From contig CAVWLP010000002.1 in the NCBI GenBank assembly GCA_963755915.1, positions 2,816,001-2,880,000 on the forward strand: DNA of 64,000 nucleotides, given 5' to 3'. This document shows, in pieces, positions 20,347 to 30,689 of this stretch. Source of the DNA: an uncultured Phycisphaerales bacterium. GTDB lineage: Bacteria; Planctomycetota; Phycisphaerae; Tepidisphaerales; Tepidisphaeraceae. The number at the start of each line of letters is the position of its first letter. Position 1 is the first letter of the stretch. The notes below the pieces were generated by a model. That model was given only the letters and a program-made list of their open reading frames with translations, did no database searches and was not told the DNA's origin. The position numbers and the translations under genes were made by a program.

Positions 20347-21351
20347 TTATCGAGCCGCTCGCCGTCGCCGCGCCAGCAGGGCGGGAATCGCGAATCCGAG
20401 CAGCCCAATGCTCGCCGGCTCCGGAACGCTCGTCGGCACCGAATACAGCGCAAACGCCAGATCCATCGAACTGCCGATCCCATCGAAGTTGGGGTTATAG
20501 TCCAGCGGCGAATATCCGCCTGCGACTCCATTGTTGTAGCTCCCGTTTACCGCGTCATCGAGAAAGTGATACGGATACGGGGTCTCGGTTCCCTCCGGCG
20601 TGGGTCCCGCGAGCGGATCGGCAATCCCATAATCCCGATCGTGCCAACCCCAGTCCAGCGTCGGGGTCGTGGTCGTCGGGGGAACCAGCGCCACGATGCT
20701 GAGCCATTCGATGTTCCCGTTAAACGCGTCCGGAAACGCGATCTGCTGCCAGTTCAACTCGGCGTTGTACTCTATCAGCCCGCTTTCCCCGGCCGGCGGC
20801 GGAACGTTGCTCTGTCCCGCGGGCACGGGCTTCGTCGTAAACTCGCCGTCCGAATACGCCAGTGTCCCGGTCGTCGATTGCGTCACCGTCTGCGTCGCAA
20901 TCAGCCTCCCCGGTTGGCTGAACGAACCGGCTTCCCCCGGGACCGGCGGAACATTGGTGTACAGCGAAATCTGAAACTGCTGCACCAGCGGCGCGCCGGA
21001 CGGATTGGTGTCATCCAGATACGAACCCCACCAGGTGATGTGCCCGATGTTCATCGGATTAAAATCCGAAAAATCATCCGCCGCCATATTCCCCTGATTT
21101 CCGCCGGCCGAGGTTGTGATTGCCGTGCTGACGATGTCCTGCCCCGGAAACGGTGCAGGCGTATCCGTCGGCAGGGGGGTCGCACCGACCGGATAGACGC
21201 CCGGCGGGGCATCATTCAGCGGCGACTGGTAAAACTTCAGCTCCTCATTGGGTAGCGGATCAGCGAAGGCAGCCGAGCCCAAACCGACCGTCGCCGCCGA
21301 GGCAGCGGCCAAAAGAATGCCGGTGGATTTTCGAGAATTAAAGCGTGTCAT
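20347..21351 (-). CDS. PEP-CTERM surface protein (paralogue 1)
   Basis: Signal peptide ending AFA; C-terminal VPEPASIGLLGFAIPALLARRRR. Confidence 0.9.
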   Translation of the reverse strand: MTRFNSRKSTGILLAAASAATVGLGSAAFADPLPNEELKFYQSPLNDAPPGVYPVGATPLPTDTPAPFPGQDIVSTAITTSAGGNQGNMAADDFSDFNPMNIGHITWWGSYLDDTNPSGAPLVQQFQISLYTNVPPVPGEAGSFSQPGRLIATQTVTQSTTGTLAYSDGEFTTKPVPAGQSNVPPPAGESGLIEYNAELNWQQIAFPDAFNGNIEWLSIVALVPPTTTTPTLDWGWHDRDYGIADPLAGPTPEGTETPYPYHFLDDAVNGSYNNGVAGGYSPLDYNPNFDGIGSSMDLAFALYSVPTSVPEPASIGLLGFAIPALLARRRRAAR

Positions 21352-21453
21352 TGGGAACTCCTGTTTTTTGGGGATTTGCCGGCGCGATCGAAGCACTTCG
21401 AATCGCGCCGGCAAACCAGGGTAGTTTTGGATCTGTCTGAGCGGGAGATTTCT

Positions 21454-22449
21454 TTAGTGAGTCTGCTTGCCGCGACGGCGGGCCAATAGCATCGGGATCG
21501 TCAGACCGAGCAATCCAATGCTTGCCGGCTCCGGAACGCTCGTTGGAACCGTGTACAGCGCAAAAGCCAGGTCCATCGAACTCTCGGCCCCGTCGTATTG
21601 CGGGTTGTAATCCTGGGGCACAAATCCACCGACGAGCGAGGGGTTGCCGTTGTAACTTCCAGTTACCGCATCATCGCCCCCGTGGTACGGTGGAGCTGCG
21701 GTATCGAAGCCCGGCGCCGCCAACGGATCGCTGATCCCCCAGTCCCGGTCGTGCCAGCCCCATTCGAATGTGGGAGCCGTGTCTGCGGGTTCCAATGCGA
21801 CAATGCTCAGCCATTCCACGTTACCGTTGAAGGCGTCCGGAAATGGATTTTGCAACCAATTCAGTTCCGCGTTGTACTGGACGAGCGGGCTGTCGCCCGG
21901 GGCCAGAGGGGCGCCGCTCGATCCCGGTGGCAGCGGGCTGGCCGAGAACGTTCCGGAGGAATAGCTCAGGGGGCCGGCATTGACCACCTGGGTGGCAATG
22001 AGAGTTCCCGGATGACTGAACGTGTTGGCGGTTCCAACGGCTCCGGGAACATCGGTGTAGAGCGAGATCTGGAATTGCTGCACCAGCGGTGCCGCGCTGG
22101 GGTCGGTTCCGTCGATGTAGGATCCCCACCAGGTGATATGCCCGATCGGCAGGGGGTTGTTGTCCGAAAAATCATCCGCCGCCATATTCCCCTGCGCGGT
22201 ACCGCTGCTGGGGGTTGAGAACACGGTGCTGAGAATATCCTGCCCCTGAAACGGGACGACGATATCCCCCGGCTGCGGCGTTGCGCCAACGGGATAAATG
22301 GGGGGCGGCGCACCGTTCAGCGGCGACTGATAAAACTTAAGCTCCTCATTCGGCAGGGGATCAGCGAACGCCAGCGACCCAATACCAGCGGATGATGCGA
22401 TGAGAGTAGATACAACCAAAAATGACTTACGAGAGATATGGCATGACAT
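21454..22449 (-). CDS. PEP-CTERM surface protein (paralogue 2)
   Basis: Signal peptide; shares DPLPNEELKFYQSPLN, ADDFSD, IGHITWWGSY and WGWHDRD with paralogue 1; VPEPASIGLLGL...RRR. Confidence 0.9.
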   Translation of the reverse strand: MSCHISRKSFLVVSTLIASSAGIGSLAFADPLPNEELKFYQSPLNGAPPPIYPVGATPQPGDIVVPFQGQDILSTVFSTPSSGTAQGNMAADDFSDNNPLPIGHITWWGSYIDGTDPSAAPLVQQFQISLYTDVPGAVGTANTFSHPGTLIATQVVNAGPLSYSSGTFSASPLPPGSSGAPLAPGDSPLVQYNAELNWLQNPFPDAFNGNVEWLSIVALEPADTAPTFEWGWHDRDWGISDPLAAPGFDTAAPPYHGGDDAVTGSYNGNPSLVGGFVPQDYNPQYDGAESSMDLAFALYTVPTSVPEPASIGLLGLTIPMLLARRRGKQTH

Positions 22450-23010
22450 GACAACCTCCAGTTTTGTTGAGGACCTGCGAGCGCACCCGAACCACATCGA
22501 GTCGCGCGAGCGAAGTCCAGGCGATTCTTCGATTTCGCTGTGCGCGGAGCTTCCGCTGCCGGCGTCAATCGCGTTTGCGGAGGACGCCTCCGTTTACAGC
22601 CGTTTCACGAAATTTTGGAAGTCGGGCGCGGGAGATCATCTCCGAGCATGCCGAGGCGCCCGGCCGAAAATCCTGCATAGCTCCGGAAGGACCTGTGTAT
22701 CCATCAGAGCTTCTACCACGAATTTGAAGATAGGATGTTACTACTAAGGGATTATTTCGTCAAGGTAAATTTTGCGATATCTATAGGTAATTTCGCGACT
22801 TATGGTCGTCGCAAAAAAGTGTTAAGATGTCCCTTTGTGGGAAAACGCTTTTTGCGCATAAGTGCTTTTCCAGCTTAAGCCGGCAAAAATCTCCGTGCAT
22901 AAATGCTTTGTGTTGCGCACGCTGTCCACCTTAATTCAAACCAGTTTTCCGCGCCACAAAAATGTGGCGCTGGCTGGAACCAGTTCAAAAAAATTTCGAA
23001 AACTTGGGAT

Positions 23011-24366
23011 TTACAACTCCGCCGTCACCAAACTCGCCAGCTCCGATCGCTCGCTCTTTTCGAGTGTCACATGCCCCACAATCCCCTTCCCCTTCAATCG
23101 CTCCACAAGATACGAAAGCCCATTGCTGCTCGAATCGAGATACGGATTATCAATCTGCGTCGCATCGCCGGTCAGCACCAGCTTCGTCCCCTCGCCAACC
23201 CGGCTCGCGATCGTCTTTACCTCGTGCGGCGTAAGATTCTGCGCCTCATCCACAATCATAAACTGATGCGGAATACTCCGCCCCCGGATATACGTCAGCG
23301 GCTCCAGAACCACCTGCCCGCTATCCATCAACTGCGTGATCCGCTGCTCCACGCTAGATAAACTCGTGTGCGGCGTGTGCCCGTTCCCCTCCTGCGTCAG
23401 ACGATTCGAAAGCAGATACGCAATATTATCGAAGATCGGCTGCATCCACGCCGTCAGCTTCTGATCCTTATCGCCGGGCAGATAGCCAATGTCCCTCCCC
23501 AGCGGCATGATCGGCCGCGCGCACAGCATCTTCTGATAGACCTCCTCGTTGAGCGTCTTGGCCAGTCCCGCGGCCAGCGCCAGCAGCGTTTTGCCGGTGC
23601 CGGCAGCGCCGATCAGCGACACCAGCTTCACCGAATCATCCAGCAGCAGGTCCAGGGCCATCGTCTGCTGCAAATTCCTGGGCATGATGCCGAAGACCGG
23701 GCCCCGCCGGGCCCTTACCGGGGCCAGCAAGTTTTCCCCCCGCACCCGCGCCACGGCCGTGTGGCTGGGGTCGTTTTCCGTCTTCATCAGCACAAACTCG
23801 TTCATGTACGCATCCGGCACCTCCAGGTGAAGCTGCTTCTCCGAATACATCCGGTCGATCGTCCCCGCCGGCACCTCGAGCTCCCGCCAGCCCGTGTACA
23901 GCCGCTCAAAATCGACCTTCTGCGCCTCAAAATCCTCGGCCAAAATCCCCAGCGAATCGCTCTTGATCCGGGCGTTGATGTCCTTGGTGATGAAGACCAC
24001 CCGCTTCCCCTCCCGATGCAGCGCAAAAGCGCAGCAGATGATCCGATTATCAGGCGTATTTCCACTCAGTCCCGGACAGAGCTTCTGATCCTGCTCCAGA
24101 ATGACCTTTACTCGCCCCCCTGATTGGGCGATCCGCACCCCATCCGAAAGCCGCCCCTGCTGGCGCAGGGAATCGAGATACCGGATCACGGTCCGCGCAT
24201 TTCGGCCCAGGTCGTCGCTGCCCGTCTTGAACTTGTCCAGCTCCTCCAGCACATCGAAGGGAATGATCACCTCATTATCCGCAAACATGAACAGCGCATT
24301 GGGATTGTGCAGCAAAACGCTTGTATCCAGCACGAAATGTTTGATATGTCCGTTGGTTTCAGTCAT
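23011..24366 (-). CDS. PIN-PhoH fusion (PhoH2/YlaK-type)
   Basis: PIN motifs FVLDTSVLL, LEELD, DNRI, TKDIN; Walker A GAAGTGKT; RGRS, VDEAQN, GDATQID. Confidence 0.93.
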   Translation of the reverse strand: MTETNGHIKHFVLDTSVLLHNPNALFMFADNEVIIPFDVLEELDKFKTGSDDLGRNARTVIRYLDSLRQQGRLSDGVRIAQSGGRVKVILEQDQKLCPGLSGNTPDNRIICCAFALHREGKRVVFITKDINARIKSDSLGILAEDFEAQKVDFERLYTGWRELEVPAGTIDRMYSEKQLHLEVPDAYMNEFVLMKTENDPSHTAVARVRGENLLAPVRARRGPVFGIMPRNLQQTMALDLLLDDSVKLVSLIGAAGTGKTLLALAAGLAKTLNEEVYQKMLCARPIMPLGRDIGYLPGDKDQKLTAWMQPIFDNIAYLLSNRLTQEGNGHTPHTSLSSVEQRITQLMDSGQVVLEPLTYIRGRSIPHQFMIVDEAQNLTPHEVKTIASRVGEGTKLVLTGDATQIDNPYLDSSSNGLSYLVERLKGKGIVGHVTLEKSERSELASLVTAEL

Positions 24367-24385
24367 GAATAAATCCGCTCCGCCT

Positions 24386-24457
24386 CAGTTACGAGTTGCG
24401 AGCAAAGTTGAGGGCATTTACTCGCAACTCGCAACTCGTAACTCGCAACTCGCAACT
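24386..24457. repeat. CTCGCAA heptamer array with an inverted partner in a divergent promoter region
   Basis: AGTTACGAGTTGCGAG ... (ACTCGCA)n, five units. Confidence 0.8.
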
Positions 24458-24476
24458 TTTCCAATACAATGCAGTT

Positions 24477-25466
24477 ATGTCCCTCTATCCATTGAAATTC
24501 AAGCCGCGCTACGTGCAGAAAATGTGGGGCGGGCGGAAACTCGAATCAATCCTTAACAAAAGTCTCCCCACCGGCCCCATCGGTGAGAGCTGGGAGCTGT
24601 ACGATTTCCCGCCCGATGTCGTTGAGAATTCGTCGAACTGGATCAGCAGCGTAGTGGCCGAAGGCCATCTCGCCGGCCTCACGCTTCACGAGCTGGTCGA
24701 GCGCTATGGCCGCGACCTCACCGGCGACGTTCCCGTCATCGCGCCGCACGGCCAGTTCCCCATCCTCATCAAATTTCTCGATGCCCGCGAAGACCTTTCC
24801 ATCCAGGTCCACCCCGATGCCGCCTACTGCAAGGCCCACCCCGGCGCCCACCTGAAAAACGAAGCCTGGTATATCGTCCAGTCCGACAAAGGTTCACGCA
24901 TTCTTAAAGGCCTCAAGCCGGGCACGACGAGAAATGATTTCGCCCAAAAACTCCAGGGCGGCTCCGTCGAATCGATCATCAATTCGATCCCCGTCCAACC
25001 CGGCGACTGCTTTTACCTCCCCAGCGGCACCGTCCACGCCCTGGGGGCCGGCATTCTTGCCGCCGAGGTCCAGACCCCCAGCGATACCACATACCGAGTG
25101 TTCGATTTCAACCGGATTGACCCCTCGACGGGAAAGGTGCGCACCCTCCACATCGAGCAGGCGATGGATTGCATCGACTTCACCACGCCGCCACACGAGC
25201 ATCATCCGATGGGACAATTGCTCGCCAGATGCGAACATTTCTCCATCCGCAAGCTTCTAGCCCAGCCGGGCAAAAACTTCCACATCGAGAACGGGCCCGT
25301 CGTCCTCATGGTCATTGAAGGCTCCGGCCAGCTCTTCACGTCTGGTGGCACGACGGAGTTCAAAGCCGGTGAGACGATTTTGTTGCCCGACATCATCAAA
25401 CAACGCGTCGGCGACGCGGAAACTAACGCGGTGCTCCTTGAAGTAGTCTTGGGCAATAGAGAATGA
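24477..25466 (+). CDS. manA: Type I mannose-6-phosphate isomerase
   Basis: WGGRKL, IGESWE, FPILIKFLDA, LSIQVHPD, KNEAWY, GTVHALG, EVQTPSDTTYRVFD. Confidence 0.9.
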   Translation: MSLYPLKFKPRYVQKMWGGRKLESILNKSLPTGPIGESWELYDFPPDVVENSSNWISSVVAEGHLAGLTLHELVERYGRDLTGDVPVIAPHGQFPILIKFLDAREDLSIQVHPDAAYCKAHPGAHLKNEAWYIVQSDKGSRILKGLKPGTTRNDFAQKLQGGSVESIINSIPVQPGDCFYLPSGTVHALGAGILAAEVQTPSDTTYRVFDFNRIDPSTGKVRTLHIEQAMDCIDFTTPPHEHHPMGQLLARCEHFSIRKLLAQPGKNFHIENGPVVLMVIEGSGQLFTSGGTTEFKAGETILLPDIIKQRVGDAETNAVLLEVVLGNRE

Positions 25467-25520
25467 CGATCCGTGGGAACGTGTGAAGGTAAGAAGGTGT
25501 GAAGGTGTGAATTGACCTTC

Positions 25521-27640
25521 TTACCTTCTTACTTTCTCACCTTCGCACCACTCCTCCCACTTCCCCCGAAACGCCTTCTCGACTTCCCCCGCGAACCTCT
25601 TCCCATCCATCAGCGCCGACCCGCGCATGCGATGCCTCAGCGAAGCTCGCAACTCTGAAAGCCGATCCCAATCCCCCGCCAACTTGACTGCGATCTCCAC
25701 AAACTCCCCCTCCGTCTTCGCGACAAGTTCCCTCAACCCCAGATTCGAAAGCTGGCTAAACCCCGCGCACCCCACAACTGTCTTCCCAATCATCGTCACC
25801 ACCGGAACCCCCATCCACAGCGAATCCAAACTCGTCGTATGCCCGTTATACGGCAGCGTATCCAGCCCAATATCAATCCGATTATAAAATGCCAGATACT
25901 TCGCTCGCGATTGCCGCTGCACAAACTCCACCCGATCCCCCAGCGTCTTGCGCACCCAGTCCCGCCGCGGGCCCAGCGGGGACAGAATCACCATCCGCGA
26001 ATCCTTCACGCCATCCAGCACCCGCCTCCAAAGCTCCAGCAGCGGCTGATTCAACTTGCAAAAATTATTCAGACACCCAAACGTCACAAACCCATTTCGC
26101 GTGGCCGGCAATTCATTCACAGCGGGAATCTCCGGACCCTCGAGCGCTTCGCGATCCAGGCACCAGAATGTTTGTCCCAATCTCACGGATTTTTCGAAAT
26201 AGAATTCATCAAACTCACCGGGCGGATCCAGATACGGATCCGTCAGCCGATAATCCATCGCCTCCAGCCCGCTGGTTCCCGGATATCCCAGCCATGTCAC
26301 CTGCACCGGCGCCGGCTTACGCGCGAACAGGAGCATCCGGTTCTCCGCCATGTGCACCGTTAGATCGACGAGGATATCGATCCCATCCTGCCGGATCATC
26401 TCGGCGACAGCTTCGTCGCTCATCCCCACAATGCTTCGCCAATGATCCGCCCAGCCGCGGATTTTCGCCGTGGCCGCATCGGGCACTTTCACATCCGAGT
26501 AACAGAAAATCTCAAACTTCCCATGATCGTGATTCGAAAACAGGGGCGCTGTGAAAAATGCCTGGCAATGGCCCCAGAAATTTGGCGAAACATAGCCGAT
26601 CTTTAGCCGGCGATCCGGGGATCGATCGTTGGCAAACGACAATTCTTTCGGCGCAAATTTACCCGCCACCGCATCATTCCATTTGCGATGCTCGGCAAGA
26701 ATCCCCGCGGCATCGACATCCGGATGATAGTAGAGCGTATAAAGCCGATTACTGTGCGCCACCGAATAATCCGGCCGAATCTCCGTCGCCTTTTCAAACT
26801 GCGCGACCGATTCTTCGATCTGCGCACTCTGCCGAAATAAATTCCCCAGGTTGTTGTACCCATCGGGCGAGTTGGGCAGCATCCTGATCGCCGTCTGCGT
26901 CGCCTCGATGGCATCGTCGATCAGATCCTTCTCGTAGAGCGCCCGCCCCAGGTTATAATACGCCAGCGGATGCGCTCCCGCGGCCACCACGCGCCGCCAC
27001 ATGGCGATGGCCTCGTCCGTTCGGCCCATCGCCTGGTAGACATTCCCAAGATTATTCCCGATATCCGCCGGCGCCGGGGCCAGCTCCAGCGCCCGCTGAA
27101 AGCAGACGATTGCCCGCTGAAAAGAATCATTCCGTTTTTTGGCGGCCGCCTCCACGCCCGTCTCCCCATCCATCCGCGCCTCATGACCCTTGCGCCCAGC
27201 AGTTCCCGAGGTTGAAATAGACGCCCGCCTCCCGCGGTAAGAACCGCGCCGCGGATTCAAAACATTTGATGGCTTCGTCGATCTCCCCCATGTCCGCGTG
27301 GATGTTTCCCAGTTGGATCAGCGTCATCGGCAAATCGGGCTTCAGCGCAACCGCCCGGCGAAAAGCCTCCACCGCCTCGCGCCGTTTGCCCAAAACCAGC
27401 AACATAAACCCCAGATTATTGAAATAAACCGCCTCCCGCGGGTTCACCCCAATCGCTCGACGGACCATTTCCACGCCGTCGCCGGGCCGGCCCATTTTTG
27501 AAAGTGTGCAGCCCAGCAGATGCAGCGCATCCGCGTGCGAGGGATTCTTCGCGACGACCTCGCGAAAGAGCCTCTCGGCGTCCACAAGCCGCCCCGCGCA
27601 GGTGCTCCGTCGCCAGATTCATCGTCTGCTGGAAATCCAT
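25521..27640 (-). CDS. TPR-repeat O-GlcNAc-transferase/SPINDLY-like (GT41) protein (frameshifts in the TPR region)
   Basis: TPRs; LKIGYVSP, IDILVDL, PAPVQVTWLGYPGTSG, FGCLNNFCK, LDTLPYNGHTT. Confidence 0.9.
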
Positions 27641-27657
27641 ATAGATTCACCCCAAGC

Positions 27658-29415
27658 CTACGCGGACGCATTCGCCCGCACAAACTCCCGCAGCGCCTTC
27701 CCCATCTCCAAGAATGGCGTGCGATTATCCCCTCGCTTCGGATCCTGGAACAGCCTCATCGTCGGATACCACGGCGAATCCGTCCGTTTGTACATCCACC
27801 GGAAATCCGCTGCCCACGGGATCTGGATCCACACCGGCTTGCCCAATGCCCCGGCGAGATGGGCCGTGGAAGTATCCACCGAGATCACCAGGTCCAGGTT
27901 CTGCACAAAAGCCGCGCTTTCCGCGAAATCGCTGAATTCGCCCGTGTAATCCGCCAGTTCCATTCCCGCCGGGGGAATCTGCCCGGCCTCCGCGCCCTTC
28001 TGCAAGCTAAAAAACTTGACGCCTTCGATCGCCGCCAGCGGTGCGTACACTTCAATCGATCGCGTTCGCGAATCGCCAGCCACTCCGGAGCTTCCCGCCC
28101 ACGCGAGCCCCACTTTCACCCTCTTCTCATCCGCCAGTCTCTCCGCCCATTTCTCGATCGCGTCCTTCGGCGGGAACAAATATGGCACCTTATTCGGAAT
28201 CGTCTCCTTCCGAATCTTTAAAATCCGCGGCAACCCCTGAAGCGGAATTCGCAAATCAAAATGCGGCAACTCCCCGCCGCGCGGAATCATCTCGGGCACC
28301 CCCGGCAAGCTCGAGAACAGCCGGATCAGTTCCGGCTGACACTCCAGCACCCACTTCGCGTTCCGGCCCGTCACCATCGGCGCCAGCCGGATGAAATTCA
28401 ACGCATCCCCAAATCCACCCTCCGTGTAAAGCAAAATCGTCTTTCCCCCTGGGTCGGACCCATCCCACTGCGGCTGCTTGAACGGCCGGTTAACACCCAA
28501 ACCCGGAATCCAAAACCGCCATTCGAATTCCTCCCACCCCTCCTCAAAATGCCCCAGCGCCAAAAGCACCCGGGCATAATTCCAATGCGCCCCCGAATAT
28601 CGCGGATCAGCCTTCACCGCCTTCCCCCAAGCGATCAGCGCCCCTTCGAGATCCCCATCCTCGAAATACATATTGCCGAGATTATTCTGAACGCCCTGGA
28701 AATTCGGATCGATCTGCACGGCTTTTCTGATCGCCTCCCATGCCTCTTCGTGCCGGCCAAGCTCGCGCAGCACCGCCGAGCGATTGCTGTGGAGCACCGC
28801 CAGCGACGGGTTCAGCGCCACGCATTTATCGAACGCATCAAGCGCTTCGATATGTCGCCCCGCCTCGGCCAGGGCTGCGCCGAGATCGAGCCAATAGCGC
28901 AAATCCCCCGGGGCAAGCCGTGTTCCCTGCTGAAGCTCCTCGACTGCGCGATTCGCCTTGCCTCCGCGCAAATACGCCGCCGCCAGTGATCCCCGGAATT
29001 CCGCCACGTCCGGCCGGAGTTTTACCGCTCTCTCGCCCGCCTCAATCGCCTGCGGATATTGTCCCAGCCCAGCGTGTAAGACGCACAGCCGCTCGTAGGT
29101 CGTGGCATCCAACGGCTCCAGTGCCGCGACTTTCCGAAACGCCTCAATCGCCGCCACATGCTGATTGGTCTGCTTATAGGCGAGGCCCAGGTTCCGATGA
29201 TAGGAAGCCGTCCCCGGCGAAAGCGCCGCCGCCCGGCGCAGCAGCTCTATCGCGATCCCCACCTGCCCTTTTTGCAGCAGCAACACCCCCAGGGCATTAA
29301 CCGTATCCGCGTGATTTGGCTGCCGCGCCAATATTTGCCGGTAGCCCAACTCCGCCTCATCGAGTCTTCCAACTCGATGCAACTGCACCAGCGTCTGGAG
29401 CACATCTCCGCTCAT
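27658..29415 (-). CDS. TPR-repeat protein with a GT9-like domain
   Basis: TPRs; EGGFGDALNFIR, LDLVISVDTSTAHLAGALGKP, WYPTMRLFQ. Confidence 0.9.
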   Translation of the reverse strand: MSGDVLQTLVQLHRVGRLDEAELGYRQILARQPNHADTVNALGVLLLQKGQVGIAIELLRRAAALSPGTASYHRNLGLAYKQTNQHVAAIEAFRKVAALEPLDATTYERLCVLHAGLGQYPQAIEAGERAVKLRPDVAEFRGSLAAAYLRGGKANRAVEELQQGTRLAPGDLRYWLDLGAALAEAGRHIEALDAFDKCVALNPSLAVLHSNRSAVLRELGRHEEAWEAIRKAVQIDPNFQGVQNNLGNMYFEDGDLEGALIAWGKAVKADPRYSGAHWNYARVLLALGHFEEGWEEFEWRFWIPGLGVNRPFKQPQWDGSDPGGKTILLYTEGGFGDALNFIRLAPMVTGRNAKWVLECQPELIRLFSSLPGVPEMIPRGGELPHFDLRIPLQGLPRILKIRKETIPNKVPYLFPPKDAIEKWAERLADEKRVKVGLAWAGSSGVAGDSRTRSIEVYAPLAAIEGVKFFSLQKGAEAGQIPPAGMELADYTGEFSDFAESAAFVQNLDLVISVDTSTAHLAGALGKPVWIQIPWAADFRWMYKRTDSPWYPTMRLFQDPKRGDNRTPFLEMGKALREFVRANASA

Positions 29416-29458
29416 TGATTTCGCCGGGGATAACCCGGCGCCCACCCCAAAATCGCGT

Positions 29459-29659
29459 TTACGTTTTTGAACTTCTGGAAATCATCCGCTCCGCCGCCTT
29501 CTCTGCCCTTCGCAAGCGGGTCTCCGGCTGCTTCGCCTCCATGATATGCTTGATGTATTCCCGCTGATGCGAAGGCGGCAACGCCTCAAACACCCGCCGC
29601 GCCTGCGGCTTCGCCGCAAGCACCGCCGACAGTTCCTTCGGGGGCGACGGTTCGATCAT
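29459..29659 (-). CDS. YdeI/OmpD-associated domain protein
   Basis: FEALPPSHQREYIKHIMEAKQPETRLRR. Confidence 0.8.
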   Translation of the reverse strand: MIEPSPPKELSAVLAAKPQARRVFEALPPSHQREYIKHIMEAKQPETRLRRAEKAAERMISRSSKT

Positions 29660-29846
29660 TGAATCTATCTTACCCGAAGGACTGCCATTTACGCGCGATA
29701 ATCACTCCCCCATTCGGCATTTGGCAATCGGCAATCGGCATTCCCCCCCATCCTTTTCCCCCGTTTGACGCCAAGCCCACACCCCTCTAACATCTTCCCG
29801 TCTGTCCGCGGCGAGCCGTAGCCTTGCCGGACGAAGGACGTTCGGC

Positions 29847-30596
29847 ATGTTCGCCATTGTCAGCGATATACACGCCAATCTTGAGGCCTTTACCACCGTC
29901 CTCGCGGAGATCGACCGCCGGGGCATCCAGCACATCGTATGTCTCGGCGACATCATCGGATACGGCCCGAACCCGATGGAATGCCTCGACCTCGTTGCCA
30001 CCCGCTGTCGCGCCTCCCTCATGGGTAACCACGATTTCGCTGTCTTTTACGAGCCTTTCAATTTCAACCAGGGGGCTGAGCAGGCCTGTTATTGGACCCG
30101 AAAATGCTTTGAGTCCGACCCCGACCCCGCTCGCCGCGCCGCTCGATGGAAATTCCTGGGAAACCTCCCGGTCCGCATCCGAACCAACGATTTCGTCGCG
30201 GTCCATGCCTCCCCGCGGAGGCCTATCAACGAATACATTTTCCCCGACGACATTTATACGAATCCCGGCAAATTCGTCAGCATCTTCGAACGCTTCGACC
30301 ACCTCTGCTTCGTCGGCCACACGCACGTCCCCGGCGTATTCCTCGAAGGCCCGGATTTCTACAGCCCCGATGAGCTCGACTACAAGTTCGAGCTCACCCA
30401 GGAAAAAGCCATCGTCAACGTCGGCTCCGTCGGCCAGCCCCGCGACCGCGACCCGCGCACCAGCTTCGTCATCGTCACAGACACCCACCTCGAATTCGTC
30501 CGGCTCGTCTACGATGTCGATACCACCGTCAAAAAAGTCGAAGCCATCGACGAGCTCGACAATTTCCTCGGCAGCCGACTACTCGATGGAAGGTAA
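29847..30596 (+). CDS. Metallophosphoesterase (calcineurin-like)
   Basis: SDIHAN, LGDIIGYGP, GNHD, GHTH, NVGSVGQPRD. Confidence 0.92.
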   Translation: MFAIVSDIHANLEAFTTVLAEIDRRGIQHIVCLGDIIGYGPNPMECLDLVATRCRASLMGNHDFAVFYEPFNFNQGAEQACYWTRKCFESDPDPARRAARWKFLGNLPVRIRTNDFVAVHASPRRPINEYIFPDDIYTNPGKFVSIFERFDHLCFVGHTHVPGVFLEGPDFYSPDELDYKFELTQEKAIVNVGSVGQPRDRDPRTSFVIVTDTHLEFVRLVYDVDTTVKKVEAIDELDNFLGSRLLDGR

Positions 30597-30636
30597 CCAA
30601 AACATTTTCTCCCCCGCGCGTCTTTCCCCTTTTTTT

Positions 30637-30678
30637 CCCCCGCCCCCGGTATTCCGGGGGAGGGCAGGGGAGGGGGTT
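30637..30678. repeat. Family-B palindrome immediately upstream of yidC
   Basis: Near-identical to 5752-5793. Confidence 0.85.
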
Positions 30679-30689
30679 AGCAACTACTC

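Noticed and set aside
22450-23010. Riboswitch in the long leader of the PEP-CTERM genes
   Set aside because: I could not identify c-di-GMP, cobalamin, TPP or SAM consensus elements by eye; an Rfam scan would be needed.
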